Shown: positions 63,165 to 64,000 of the stretch, piece after piece
How the letters are laid out: every line of letters starts with the position of its first letter
How positions within the stretch are numbered: position 1 is the stretch's first letter
Assembly (NCBI GenBank): GCA_964587805.1
Contig: CAZPMW010000001.1
Location: 4,969-68,968 of the forward strand
Length of the DNA: 64,000 bases
From: an uncultured Elusimicrobiaceae bacterium
GTDB lineage: Bacteria; Elusimicrobiota; Elusimicrobia; Elusimicrobiales; UBA9959
Direction: 5' to 3'
The notes under the pieces: generated by a model
The model's database searches: none
The model's input: the letters and a program-made list of their open reading frames with translations, nothing else
What the model was told of the DNA's origin: nothing
Program-made: the position numbers and the translations under genes

Positions 63165-64000
63165 TTTCTTTCCTCTTTTACCATCGCGGCGAAACGGTTA
63201 AGCCGCGGGCCGTATTTCTTCAGTATGGATTCCGCGGGGCGGGGTATCCTGTAGGTCCAGTTGGAGCCGCTAACGGTGCCGGGGACGTTTATCCTGTCGC
63301 GGACGCCCAGTATGTCCTGTATCGGCAGGACGACGAGCACAGAGGCCGCCTTCAGGAGTTTTCTTATCACGGCGTCCCGGCATTTTGAGAAGAGCGGCGG
63401 CTTTTCGCCGCTGCCGGAGATCATGGTCCAGAAAAGCTGCTTCTCGGGATAGTATACGGTGTCCCACCAATCTGCCAGCGGCTCGTTGTCGTGCGTGGAG
63501 GACGTGGCCAGCGAGATCCGCGGGTAGTTCTCCGGCTCGGTATAGTTCCCGTCCGGCTTCTTTTCCCAGCGCATTATTTTATAGCCGGGGATATTAAGCT
63601 CGCTCATGACTTCACGTACGAAAGGGGGAATAACTCCCAGGTCCTCCGCCACCGGCAGCATATGGCCGGCCCGGCTTACGGCTTCGAGAAAGCGTTTTCC
63701 ACGCGCCCGCTGTTCATTCTCATCCGTGATATCGAAACCTGGCTTCAGCGCGCCATCGTGCGGAATTATCCAGGTCCTGAAAAAACCCACCATGTGGTCT
63801 ATGCGGAAGATATGATAAAGGTCCCCGGACCTTTGCACTTTCCTGCGCCACCATTCAAAATCGTTCTTTCCCGCCTCGTCCCAGCGGCAAGCGGGCAGGC
63901 CCCAGCGCTGGCCGGTTTCGCTGAAGGCGTCCGGCGGCGCGCCGACCTCCGTGCGTATGTCGAACTCGTTCTGGCGGGCCCAGACGTCGGCGCTTTCCTG
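63161..64000 (-). CDS. malQ: 4-alpha-glucanotransferase (amylomaltase), 5'-truncated by the window edge
   Basis: The frame is open to position 64000 (…VGAPPDAFSETGQRWGLP...DLYHIFRIDHMVGFFR...LPVAEDLG...), matching GH77 motifs. The track ORF begins at an internal Met. Confidence 0.85.
   Translation of the reverse strand, partial: QESADVWARQNEFDIRTEVGAPPDAFSETGQRWGLPACRWDEAGKNDFEWWRRKVQRSGDLYHIFRIDHMVGFFRTWIIPHDGALKPGFDITDENEQRARGKRFLEAVSRAGHMLPVAEDLGVIPPFVREVMSELNIPGYKIMRWEKKPDGNYTEPENYPRISLATSSTHDNEPLADWWDTVYYPEKQLFWTMISGSGEKPPLFSKCRDAVIRKLLKAASVLVVLPIQDILGVRDRINVPGTVSGSNWTYRIPRPAESILKKYGPRLNRFAAMVKEERK

Overview
This is a 64 kb, GC-rich chromosomal segment. Hand counts of typical 60-nt lines give about 60-70% GC. 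LptF/LptG, TolC and several beta-barrel-type proteins indicate a diderm bacterium; the lineage cannot be named from sequence alone. No rRNA, tRNA, CRISPR array, transposase or integrase gene was recognised.

Most of the window is housekeeping:
- xseA-xseB, tlyA, two RNA methyltransferases, a GH13 glucan enzyme and comF.
- tkt plus a Nudix hydrolase, dnaE, and a PFK with PPi-type signature residues.
- A lipid-linked-sugar cluster: FAD oxidoreductase, DegT aminotransferase, GT2 and a WecA-like transferase.
- A GAF/HD-GYP protein, and a beta-eliminating lyase with glcD/E-glcF.
- A complete his operon, a TRAP transporter with a TatT component, and a partial malQ.

The items that most deserve a second look:
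1. About 3.9 kb sits between dctP and dctQ of the TatT-type TRAP operon. It carries two paralogous secreted antigen-85/esterase-D-type hydrolases flanking an opposite-strand gene for a 16-Cys internally repeated secreted protein. It also contains a perfect TTGACA-17-TATAAT promoter.
2. A reading frame of about 1,793 codons for a giant surface/outer-membrane protein is broken by one in-frame TGA. It lies divergent from lptFG.
3. The his operon has a HisC-HAD fusion (a candidate for the otherwise missing histidinol-phosphatase) and a HisA-HisI-HisE triple fusion. A structured 240-nt leader with a duplicated 30-nt hairpin motif precedes it.
4. Several small repeats occur: a dispersed 45-47-nt family, an 81-bp AT-rich tandem duplication, and a 45-nt duplicate of the dctM 3' end that looks like an insertion scar.
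5. AT-only palindromes place TATAAT on both strands in two divergent intergenic regions.

Many long antisense ORFs in the track are GC-driven shadow ORFs and were not called.
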